A program made the translations under genes and the position numbers. This document shows positions 38,501-50,000 of a stretch of DNA of 64,000 nucleotides, piece after piece; position 1 is the stretch's first letter, and each line of letters begins with the position of its first letter. The stretch comes from Epiperipatus broadwayi (lineage: Eukaryota > Animalia > Onychophora). The stretch is taken from NCBI GenBank assembly GCA_028023455.1, contig JAQFVV010000004.1, forward strand, positions 21,514,001 to 21,578,000, written 5' to 3'. The notes below the pieces were generated by a model, which saw nothing but the letters and a program-made list of their open reading frames with translations, made no database searches and was not told the DNA's origin.

Positions 38501-39494
38501 AGTAATACCAGATAAGAAGGAATGCACCCAAATGATGCAACCCAGGCAGGATAAATAACAACTTGACAACAATCTCTTGTGTGAGCAAGAGTCTGAGAAG
38601 TGATAGTGATACTGTGAACTGCATTTGTATTAATATTAATATAATTATGAGTAATAAATATGTTAAATCATGATTGAGTTAGTATTATAGATATTATGTC
38701 ACAGAACATAACTGCCATTGGTGCAGTCATAATATGGAAAGGATGTAGAAGTCCATAAGAACAACAGACTTGATGCAGTCACAGTAGGAAAAGGCATAGA
38801 AGCCCATAAGAGCAATAGACTTGCTATAGAGCTGGAGCAAGAAATGTTCTGAAAAGAAATCTTACCTCAAGATCTGCTTGAGATGATTCAGGAACATTAA
38901 CTTGCACCAATATTTCCACATTTTCTGTCATTTTGGACTTTTTATTATTGGGACCCAAGGTTGAGAAGTGGAAATATTTTTCATTTTTAAAACTTGGGGT
39001 AAGTTTATACTAAAAAATAAAAAAAATAAAAATAACGATGTCAAGTTTACATAAAATAAAGAAATTAAATATTCCATACATTGTCTCGCTACACATGTGC
39101 ATTCAATCTCAAAAGTCAGACATTACTGGCTGCACATGCATCACAGTAATCAGTCATTGACCACAAGTGACCAATGAAAATGTAGACTTAGTCCATTTTC
39201 CACTACATGAGAGCACCAATTTTGAATCCATCCATATTTCATTTGATTTATAATTATGTATGTGCCATCTAATTATGTTTGAAACATTAAAAATACACTA
39301 AAAAAGGTGCCCGAATGCTGTTCAATTATGTTACATTACAAAAAAATGCCCTGCATATATGTATATTTGAAGTTTGGTAAACTATTATTATATTAATTTG
39401 GAATTTATCATTAACTATTATTATAACAATAGTTTAATGAAGCTTTAATAGATATTATTAAGAAATTATATGAAAATAATTATTTTATATATAT

Positions 39495-40910
39495 ATCAAT
39501 TAGGGAATATAGAATCAGTTAAAGAAAAAAATGGGGTGGGACTAAGGCAAGAATGCCCTATATCACCTATTTTGTTTGTGTTGTATTTGAGTGAAATGGA
39601 AAGAGCAATAGAAAGATTAGGAAGAGGGATAGAGATACCATTAATAGGTAGTAAGGGAGTATATATTTTGTCAGGCCTTTTTTTTTTGCAGATGATATAT
39701 TTTTGTGTGCAGAAAGAAGAGAAGATATGGAAGTTATGTTGAGGACATGTGCAAGGGTTGGTAAAGAGATGGGGATTAAATTTAGTGAAAAAAAATCAAA
39801 TATAATGATGGTTAATACTATTGGAAAGAGAAGATGTAGAATTTTTATTGGGAGACATTAAGTTAAGTTTGGTGAATAGATATAGTTATTTGGGAATTAT
39901 TTTAAGTAATCAGTAAAATTATTCGGATGAATTGGAGAAAAAATTGATAAATGAAGCAAAGAAAAGGGATTGATAAAGAAATTAACAGTGTTTTCATATA
40001 ATAAATATGATGTAATTAGAATTATATGGAAAGGAATTGCAGTAGCAGGGTTAACATATGGTAATGATGCATTATGTTAGTAAAGAGATATTAAATTACT
40101 TAGAAAAAGTTCAAAGAGAAGTAGGAAGACATGCATTGGATGCAGATGTATGGACAGCAAAAGAGGCAATTCAAGGAGAAATGGGATGGTCACGTTTTCA
40201 TATGAGAGATGCAAAAAGTAAAATGAAAATGTTTGGTAGATTGCAGTTTATGGATAATAAAAGAATAGCCAAAATAGTATTTAATTGGGTTATGAGTAAA
40301 GGGCAGGTAACAAGATGGGTGAGAAAGGTAATGCGGTATGCAAAAGATTTGGATAAAGAATTTATATCAGTATATTTGTACAAAAGATGGGATGATTGTA
40401 TTAAGAGGATTATTGAATGTTATAGCAGTAAGGAATGGGATAAAAGAATAGATTTATTAATAAAGAATAGGGAGTTAGAGAGATGGAGAAATAGTATGGT
40501 GAGTAAAAAGAGTTGAAATATTTATAGAAATAAACAGAATATAGGTGTGAGTTAATATATGATAATAGTAAGGAAAGTAGTTTATTATTTAAGGCTCGAA
40601 CAGGATCTTTAGCTGCAAGAGAATATACATGTAAAAGGAAAAAATGGGTGATTTATTTTGTAAATTATGTAAGGAAGGAATTGAAAATATTAGGCATTTG
40701 TTAATTGAATGTAAATGCTTGAAAACAGAAAGGATACATATAATGAAGTTATGGAAGAATAAATATGAAAAAAGTGATTATACAGAAAGTGAATTATTGG
40801 TTTTTATGCTGGGTTTGGGAAAAGATAAAGGGGATTTAGATATCAAGGTTATAGAGTTGACAAAGATTATGCTGTGGAAATGGGATGGAGTAGAATATGG
40901 GGAAATTTAG
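39495..40910 (+). pseudogene. 5'-truncated LINE ORF2 relic (RT plus C-terminal Zn knuckle); clade unresolved
   Basis: GLRQECPISPILF, LF(F)ADD across a frameshift, EAIQGEMGW...RLQFMD..., and CKLCKEGIENIRHLLIEC (CxxC-H-C). Multiple stops and frameshifts. Confidence 0.85.
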
Positions 40911-40994
40911 AGAGGGAATGAAAAATAAAGTGGCTAACAGGTTTATCTGGGCATAATTGCTGAGATATTCTTGACTTCGTTTAAGAAGCCACAA

Positions 40995-41490
40995 TACTTC
41001 ACATCACATCAACAAAAAAGGATCTCAAATTTTTAGAAAAACAACAAATGTAGAAGTATGTACTATCAAAAAAAGGAAAAGAAGTTTATTATTCTTTGCT
41101 TTATTTTTTATTCTTGGATCTGACATGCCTATAAGCTTCTCTTACACATTGTGAAAGAAGTTACATTTCAATCAATATTTTATGTAGATGCAGTGTATAC
41201 ATTCATAAAATTATTTGTCAAAAGAATGATATAACATGAACTATTATGAAAAATGAAGTTGGAATCTATTTTTGAGGACCACGAATATGGATTAAGATTA
41301 ATCAGTAAATTAAGGCTTCTATCGCATTACTGACCTTGTTCTTGTTTTTCGCCTAAGATGTTTAAAGCGACCGTAGCGAATTTAAAGAAACGTATATATA
41401 TACGCGTATATATCCGGAAAGAAACATTAACCATCATGAATAAAATAAACATCAGTGTCGTTAGAGAGACTAACTCAAATATTGACATTC
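40995..41490 (+). repeat. Unclassified dispersed repeat (about 480 bp), copy 1
   Basis: Aligns colinearly with 48950-49410. Confidence 0.75.
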
Positions 41491-41630
41491 TATAACACAA
41501 ATTATTCAAAGGAAAAATAATGAAGCATAATATACCAGGTTTTTTAACCGCTATATTATGATGCCATCTATCGGAGGTAGCTTACTTCACGCATCTTACT
41601 AGAGATCTGTTACACGTGCATCGAGATTAT

Positions 41631-42484
41631 GGTAAACCTGCAGTTTCCAGGTCACAATAAAATTCGAATGTTGTTTTAAATTTTTCTCACCAGAGTGTTT
41701 CTTGTCGAATTACTGTGCATTATAGTTTTCGTTTATAGAAAAGATAAAATTCGGTAGGATTGGAATAAAGTATTTCTGGTAGTGTGAAATTATTACATTG
41801 TCTTGGGGCAATGAGTCCTATAAATGGTAATGTAGTTGTAGTCCCAGAAATGCTGCAGATATTCGCGTAGAAAATTGGACATCGTGGCTGTTGATGGATG
41901 AACTTCGAACTCCGGAGTTAGCAATGAAGTGGTTAGCAAGGAGGCGCCTGCTTAAGAATAGTACCCTATGTCAGCATTGTGACGTGCAGTGCAGACGGAT
42001 GGGGTGCATACAACTTAAACACAATCCGTAATGGTGTATTTATGCATTCTGTCGTCGTACACCAGAACTTTGTTGAGTCTCACGACCCTGATATCCACAC
42101 ACAAAATGTGGGAAATATGTGGATGAGAGCTAAACAAGCTCAAATATCAGTGTGGTACCAGCAGTACTTTATTCGAATCCTATCTGCAGGAATTTGCTTT
42201 CAGGACTCTCTACACGACTGACGCAGTCTTTGCGAATTTTATCGCTATCGTAAGCGAAAACTACAATGGACAGTAATTATGAATATTAGTAGGATATATT
42301 GTTATTATTTTAATAAATTATTTTTATAATATAATTATTTATTATTTTTTTATATTATAATTTCGTGTACAGTACAGTATTTGATATTTCACAACAAATT
42401 TTTAAATAATTCGACAAGAAACCCTCTGGTGAAACAAATTTGAACTACAAAATTTTATCGTGACCTGGAAACTGCAGGTTTACA
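41631..42484 (+). mobile_element. Merlin (IS1016/ISXO2-like) DNA transposon, internal deletion derivative
   Basis: About 80-bp TIRs (41631-41712 / 42407-42484) starting GGTAAACC, 8-bp TSD gagattat. Transposase remnants WLARRRLLKN..LC.HC and DGWGAYN...HSVVVHQNFV...HTQNVGNMWMRAKQ. Confidence 0.9.
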
Positions 42485-43016
42485 GAGATTATTAACATAC
42501 GTATTGCAATGTTTATGTATAATATAAGTGAATGAATAAAACCAATGGTTTAACATTAAAAAGGATTATGCCAATAATATTTTTATGAATCTTACAGAAA
42601 CTAAGACATATTGAAATCTGCATCCTATATGTATGTGATCAGATTCCTAAAGACATGTTTTTGGATGGCAAGTGATCATTACATCAATTTTACCAGGTAC
42701 AATATGACAACTATCTGATTGATGCCTAATACTTTGGTCGCCAAATGTAAAAGTGAAGAGCAGATAATTGTACTTTTATATACTCAAATGTAACAGGACA
42801 GTTTATCCATGGTGTGCACAAAGGTGGATGTCTTCCTTCTGATGAGTAAAAAAAAAAACTATCCTTATTATCTACTTTCATGCATACCTTCTTATATTAA
42901 ACTCATACCTAAGAGAGAAGAAGGTAGGATTTAAATAACTATTGATTCTATCCTTAACTTATCATCTACATATTGTAATTTTCTCCCGCTATTCCGGATT
43001 TCGAACTCACGGAGAT

Positions 43017-43106
43017 CACATGATCACCATTTCTTACGCTTGCTCATAAGTGTTATTACTCTGGCTTCCACTGAGTGGCGCTACTGTGTGGAGTTTTGCC
43101 TGTTTT
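43017..43106. mobile_element. Retrozyme-like family A, 90-bp minimal insertion (termini only)
   Basis: Two opposed terminal pieces of family A, flanked by a 13-bp TSD aactcacggagat (43004-43016 / 43107-43119). Confidence 0.85.
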
Positions 43107-44869
43107 AACTCACGGAGATGTTATGTGGTTCTCAAGTTTAGGGAATATTTGTATCACCGTTTTCTTAATATATGTGAAATGAGTGTATGTCTATTAATAG
43201 GAGTGGATATAATATATTATTTGCATGACATTAATAATCATGTTATGTGTATAAGGATATGACGTAGTAGAATTTAACCATAAAAAAATAAACCAAGAAA
43301 CGTGTTTTAACATTTAAATAAATTTAATGAAAATATTTACATTGATTATTAATATTTGGATAATAAAATTTAAAACAAAGTTGGGAAAAACTCATTTAGA
43401 CATTCGTGGTTATTCTTCATTTACGTTTGGTTTATAGCAATGTTTCCCATTCTGATCCCATAAAGAATAGCCACTACATGTCCTGATTAACATAAACGAG
43501 CCTCATATTATATACAACATTATTATAAATATAATAACATATTTACTTACGTTTTTTTTTTATGTTTTAGTTAATGCCATGATGGTTTAATAGACCCCCT
43601 TGTTATGTATAACGTGTGTGTGATAAAAGAGAGTTATAAATTCAAGACACACATAATGAATAAACAAAATGCGCATAGAAAATATATTTTAAAAAATATT
43701 AATGATTAACACAAACTTTAAAATAAACAATTAACAAATGTGTGTGTGTTGTACATATATAAATGTAGAAATGATATATATCTTAGCTAGCATCTTACTT
43801 TGTCTCGTTTATAATGATCAAATTATTTCATAATCAAGGTACCTTTATTATTAATTTCATAAATTTTAAATTAAAGTTACTCGGCTTATATTAAAATAAA
43901 TTATTATATATCTAACATACAAACAATTATCGATGATGTCAACTTTATTAATGGGTTTTATAATGTTCTGAAGGTTTATTCTTATAAGCCATGGTAGTTT
44001 CTTTATACATAGTTACGAATTCTAACATCTGGTGGATTTGATGACTTTATTAGCCTTTCATATTAAAAGTGTAATTAAATATTGTTATTTATTGAATTCA
44101 AAATCATAAATCTTATTTATTTTACTTATATCACCCAAGTAGATCTAGATAAATAAATCTTAATTCGCAAATAGTTCAACATCATTATAGGCATTTGTAC
44201 AATTAATATCATTAAGCACTAATCCATTATTGCCTGACATATTAATAAGGATTAGTAATTTCTACTAATCAATTAGATTTCAAATTGTGATGATGTGAAT
44301 GAGGAGGTTCGTTTCGATTCAGATACATTGATATAACTATTGTTAATACAATAATTTCATATTTTAGAAATTCTGGATTCAATTAAATTTAGTGGAGTTG
44401 CTATCTTTAAGCACTACAGACTGTTGGTTTGACATACTGATCTCTTTTTGTTTAGGCTCATTAATGTTAAGAATATGCTCTAACCAGGTCTATAATCATA
44501 TCTTGCCTACTCCCTTTATACCATTAATTTTTTGGCACCCAATTGCATAACCTGATTAGAAACCATAATATCTGGGATTGGCATAACCTATGCATGAGCA
44601 CTTTGTGTACCAAAGGAAGGAAAATTTTTGAGAATAAAGTCTTTACAAGATATCATTGACTATCTTAATGATATGGTTGATAATTCTATCTGAGTGAAAG
44701 TAAGATATGCATATTTGGAATGGTGGGAAGCTTTAATCATAAACCCTTATTAGTAAAGTGTCCAAAAATAGACATCATCAATAAACTATTATTACTTACA
44801 TAATATTTTATCACAGTATTAGGGATAGTTAAGTAGATAAGCTTTATTTATATCTCTTATTTTGTTAAA

Positions 44870-45500
44870 TACCAATGTGAAGGCCACTAATTTGGGAGTA
44901 GGGCTTGAGGCAGATATCTCAGACCTAATGAGAATAATGCTCGCAAAATTGGAAGCTCTGGATAAGAAGTTTGAAGGGTTAGATAAAAAATTGAAGGTAC
45001 AAAAGACAGAAGTTAATAAAAAGTTAGAAGAATAAAGGATAGAAATTAATAAGAATTTTGAAAAATTAAATAAGAAGTTTGAAGGGGTTAGATAAAAAAT
45101 TGGAGGAACAGAAGGTAGAATTGAGACAAAATTTAATGATCGATTTAATGCAAGGTTCAAAGAATTTAGGTATAAGCTAAACAGCAAATTGAAAAAATCT
45201 GAGAAAAGATTTAGTGCAAATTTCAGAGAGTTAAAAGTAAAACTAAAAGCAAATTCTAAAAAATAAAGAAATTAAATAATAAAGCTAAAGACAGATTCCA
45301 GAAAATTAATTGCAGGAATGAGAGCTGAAAATGAAGTTGTGCATAAAGCCTTAGCTGCTGACAAAGAAACAGATGCTAGGCTATACTCAAAGGATCTTAG
45401 ATTAATTAATAATAATGTAAGAGTGAAAAGTAAAAGATTTCCAATTAATATATGACAGGTGAATCTGTAAGAATTAAAGTAGAGTTAGATGCTGAATATA
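44870..45500 (+). pseudogene. Decayed coiled-coil (gag-like) ORF of an LTR-type element
   Basis: Repetitive K/E/L-rich relic translation (LEALDKKFEGLDKKLKVQKTEVNKKLEE...) with stops and frameshifts. Confidence 0.4.
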
Positions 45501-47751
45501 CTGTTATAGACCATTAAGTAGAGCCAATGACAAATGAATATGGAGAATTTCCAGGAACTTTCTGAGGTAGTGATGTTGATATTAGGAATAATTGTGAAAC
45601 ATTTCTTGAAGGTACATAGCCCAAGTTATGTAATAGCTACCAGATTAAATTGATTTCTTATAATGTAAATCACAGAGAGGAAAATTATCATAATTATAAT
45701 AAAGCTTGGGGAAATGTTAATGAAGTGATTATGTTTAATTTGGCTAATTTAAGGCATTTCACAGTTCTCAATGATGAAAGAGACTATTGGAATAGACAGA
45801 TTAGTCAATGAAAAGTATCAAAAATTAAAGTGAAGGAGATGAAAAAGTTTAATCCATCATTTTGTATTAATAATGATGATGATAATGTCATGAATTGGCA
45901 AATTAGGCCTTATCACTAAAGGATATAACTCACTACTTCTAATGTTTCAATGATCAATAGCCATTGACATCACTATAGTTGTAGGTGTAAGATGAAGATA
46001 GAAATTGTAAATAAATATCAATTAAGTGTCAGTGAAGAGGGCAATCATTTTATCTGGTGTAAAGATGTAATCTTTGTATTCAATTCAAAGATTGGTCATG
46101 CTGCTGGTCCTACAGGCATTCATTTTAGTTGAGCAAGGGATTTATTCCACAAACATCTCTTCAAATTTAAAAGGAAAGTTTTAATAGATACTATCTACCT
46201 AAACCTTTATTTGAGTTACTTCATTATAGATAAAATTTCTTAAAGTACCAATTTAGGTCCTTATCTAATTTAAATTAGAATTCGCTTATATGTTGTCATT
46301 TTTTTAGTTCAAAATTGTTGTGTTTTTAATATATTACATTTCAAATCAAACCCATAATTTCAGAAATTTTGAAGGATATTGTAATTGATAAAGTAAGACA
46401 GTTAAGATATACATCTTAAGAAATTAAATGTCATTGTTATCATTAGGGGAAAATTAATAAATTATGTGACTTTATGTTCACATAAAGAATTAATATTTAT
46501 AGAACATGATCTTTTTATTTATTGTATTATTATTCTGTGCTAAGAGATATTGAAGGTTTGAAAATGCCCATTTTATTGATTTCTCTAGTCATATGTTACA
46601 TATCATTTTGTAGGACTTGATCTAGATAAATCACATTAATGAAGGCAAAAGATGGTGAGTGGATATTTGAAAAGTAGAGGTATAAAATGCAAGATATTGT
46701 ATGCATGCTAATTGTGGATTGAAACAGTTGTTTGTTTGGGCCTTTTCTTGGAGGAGTTGGCCAAACAACAGATGTGTGTGTTTGTTCAAAAACCTTAGAT
46801 AGATTGATAATGAAGCACCATTTGAAGGATACCCTGGGATTACTACAGAGCATCTGGTAAAAAGAAATCCCAATGAAATAATAATTATTGATGAATTGTA
46901 ACTTTAGAAAAGGATATCCAGTAAAGTTTCCTGACATTCCCAAAAGCTATCCAAACAAAGGGTCCCTGGTTAGTGACCATATAATTCACAATCTCATAGT
47001 GTAGTTACAACACCTTCAAAAAAAAACCACAGTTACTCATTTTATTTTGGGATTGGAAGGTGCGTTTAAGCCTGGTATTTTTCTACTCGAGTATTTAACT
47101 CATTATCAAGGTTGGCTAGCATTTGATCAGTTTGGTTTAATGTTAATAGGTGATATTTATGTAAATATTTTTTATTATCACAAATAGCTCATTTGAGTAT
47201 AGCTAAAGTCATTGAAACTATACTTTGTGTAGCCTTAAATAAGAAACTGATTTAAGTAAAAACTCATAATTTTAGAAACTTCACAGGTAAAGGAATATCT
47301 CACCAAAAATTCTAAGAATGTATGTAGTTTCCTAAAAAAAAAAAAAAATTGTAGTGGGAGGATAAGTGCCATCTGAGAATATTCCTTGTATAGTATTAAA
47401 AATTTTTTTTCTGTGAATGGGATTATTGATTATTAAAATTGCCAATTAACACTCCTCTACCTCATTTAGAAGATGCATTGCTTTTCATAAGATCTAAATT
47501 AATATTTGTTCACATTTTTCTTTTATCTTTAGAAAGTAATGTAAAACTAAATTCTTTGAAGATTCTAAAGTTATTGACAATTTGAAAGAAAGAAAACACA
47601 TTTTTTTATTTTGATAAAAACGATGGTATATATATATATATATATAAGTATAGAGGATGTGAACTCAGATTTTCAAGCACCCTTCAACTATCCACACTAT
47701 CTCATACAATTGATACACATGACCACACACATGTAGAAAAAATAAATAATC

Positions 47752-47789
47752 ACCAATATTTCATGCTAAACCAGCACTTATCAGTTGGT
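47752..47789 (-). ncRNA. Family B hammerhead, copy with helix III deletion
   Basis: accaa CTGATAA GTGCT(ggttt)AGCAT GAAA TA ttggt: helix I and II intact, G8 to A, stem III deleted. Confidence 0.6.
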
Positions 47790-48469
47790 CCAGATTATCA
47801 TCTCCGACACATATATATAATCAGTGCTCAGTTTATATTAAGATAGCAAATCTTCATACTTTAATGGACAGGTTTCAATCCATTCCAACCTCCAACTTTT
47901 CAGCCATCCATATCATTGAAAATCTGATGATGAAAACTCAAATCCAATGCTGATGCTAATATTATTGCCATGTCCATGACCTGAAGTCACTCTGACTCCT
48001 CATGTATAGGACTGTATCCATTTAAATACATATAAGAGGGATGGACTGGATACAAGCTTGATATGTAAATATTTGAAAATCAGGCACACGGTATGTATAG
48101 TTGAAGGGTGCTTGAAAATCTGAGTTCAAATCCTCTATACTTACAATTAAGCTCCCAGGTTTGTGAAGAGTGCCTGGTTTTCAAATATTTACATATCAAG
48201 TTTGTATCCGGTCCATATCTCTTATATGTAATTAAATGGATACGGTCCTATACATGAGGGGTCAGAGTGACTTCAGGTCAACATGGGCATGGCAATAATA
48301 TTAGCATCAGCATTGGATTTGAGTTTTCATCATCAGATTTTCAATGATATGGATGGCTGAAAAGTTGGAGGTGGAATGGATTGGAGCCTGTCCATTAAAG
48401 TATGAAGATTTGCTATCTTAATATAAACTGAGCACTGATTATATATATGTGTAGGAGATGATAATCTGG

Positions 48470-48505
48470 ACTAACTGATGAGTAGCATGAAATACGTATA
48501 TCGGT
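48470..48505 (+). ncRNA. Family B hammerhead, copy with helix II deletion
   Basis: actaa CTGATGA G--------TAGCAT GAAA TACGTATA tcggt: intact core boxes and palindromic stem III (ATACGTAT). Confidence 0.62.
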
Positions 48506-48949
48506 GATTATTTATCTTTTCTACATGTGTGTGGTCATGTGTATCAGTTATATAAGGTAGTGTGGATAATTGAAGGGTGCTTGAAAATCTGAGTTCAAAT
48601 CCTCTATACTTACAATTAAGCTCCCAGGTTTGTGAAGAGTGCCTGGTTTCAAATATTTATATATATTTGTAAATGTTAAGTTTTAACCAATAAATAAATA
48701 TCATTTTAAAATTAAATCAATTTTGATTTTTTTTTGTGTTGCTATATTTCAGATTATCGATAAAATGAAAACGTCATTTTTAAAAATATAATTTTTATTA
48801 AAGTAACATCATTCATTTGCACATTATGAGATAACTGATATGTGTTATATTTTACAGGTATTAATTAAAGTATATGTATATTTGAAATTTGATAAACCTA
48901 TTACAACAATCGTTTAAAGAAATCAATGAATGAACTGCTCAAGTGAGTT

Positions 48950-49410
48950 GTATAGCAACAAAAAAAGGATGTCAAATTTTTAGAAAAAGATCAGATATAG
49001 GAATCTATACTATCAAAAAGAAAAAGTTCATTTATATTCTTTGCTTTATTTTTTTTATTCTTGGATAGAACATGCCTATAAGCTTCTCTTACCCATTCTG
49101 AAAAGAGTTACATTTAGATCAATATTTTATGCAGATGCATGTAATATTCTTTTGACAAATAATTTTTATGAATATATAAAAAATGAAGTTGGTATCTATT
49201 TTTGAGGACCACAAATATGAGTTAAGATTAATAACTAGTAAATGAAGACTTCTATTGTATTACAGAATTGGTCCTTGTTTTTCATCTAAGATATTTAAAG
49301 TGATTTTTTGGATGTAAAATAAATGTGTACATATACATGTATATATCCAGGATGAAATATTAACCTTCATAAATAAAATCAACATCTGTGTTTAATATTT
49401 TTTAAATTTG
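48950..49410 (+). repeat. Unclassified dispersed repeat, copy 2 (CpG-eroded)
   Basis: Colinear with 40995-41490. Confidence 0.75.
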
Positions 49411-50000
49411 TCAACTCTGGTTGTCACATTTTATATGTGTACAATAATTTACATTATTTGACAGAGTTATTGTATTATTTAATTCTTTTAACTTTATTTT
49501 ATTATGATTAACTTCTTCCTTCACTAACTCAATCTCTTGTACAATAAAATCTATATGAAACTTTAAATCCTTAATATCCCCAGATAAAGCTATATTTGAA
49601 ACATTTATCTTCTGGCTGATATTTTCATTATTAATTTTACATTGGTTAACTGCTTGGCCTCTGAACTCTTTAATAGTACTATCGGTGAATTCCTGCAATC
49701 TAAATTCCAATAATTCTTGGTATTTCTTATCAGATTGAATAAATCTTGCTTTTAATGACTTAATAGCTTCTTCATTCTTGTTGAATTTTTTATTGAGATT
49801 TTTCAATTTATCTTTTAAATCCTCTCTCAACAATTTATTATCAACTCTTATAGAGTCAAATTTACTACTTATCAATTTGACCGATTATCTATTATCTTTC
49901 ATATCCTTATCAGTTCAACTGACAGTCAATTATCTTCTAATTTACTACTTATCAATTCTACTGATTATCTATTATCTTCTCTCAGAGATTCAAACTTTTC
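49411..50000 (-). pseudogene. Coiled-coil (gag-like) ORF relic
   Basis: 154-aa open segment (ISSKFDSIRVDNKLLREDLKDKLKNLNKKFNKNEEAIKSLKARF...), similar in character to 44870-45500. No diagnostic motif. Confidence 0.35.

Larger units (their letters stand above)
47646..48659. mobile_element. Retrozyme-like family B (monomer about 470-480 bp): inverted arm plus 1.2 sense monomers
   Basis: Left arm 47646-48089 is the reverse complement of the right arm 48090-48659; sense period 469 (48101/48570). One HHR per arm. Inserted in a (TA)n tract. Confidence 0.82.
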
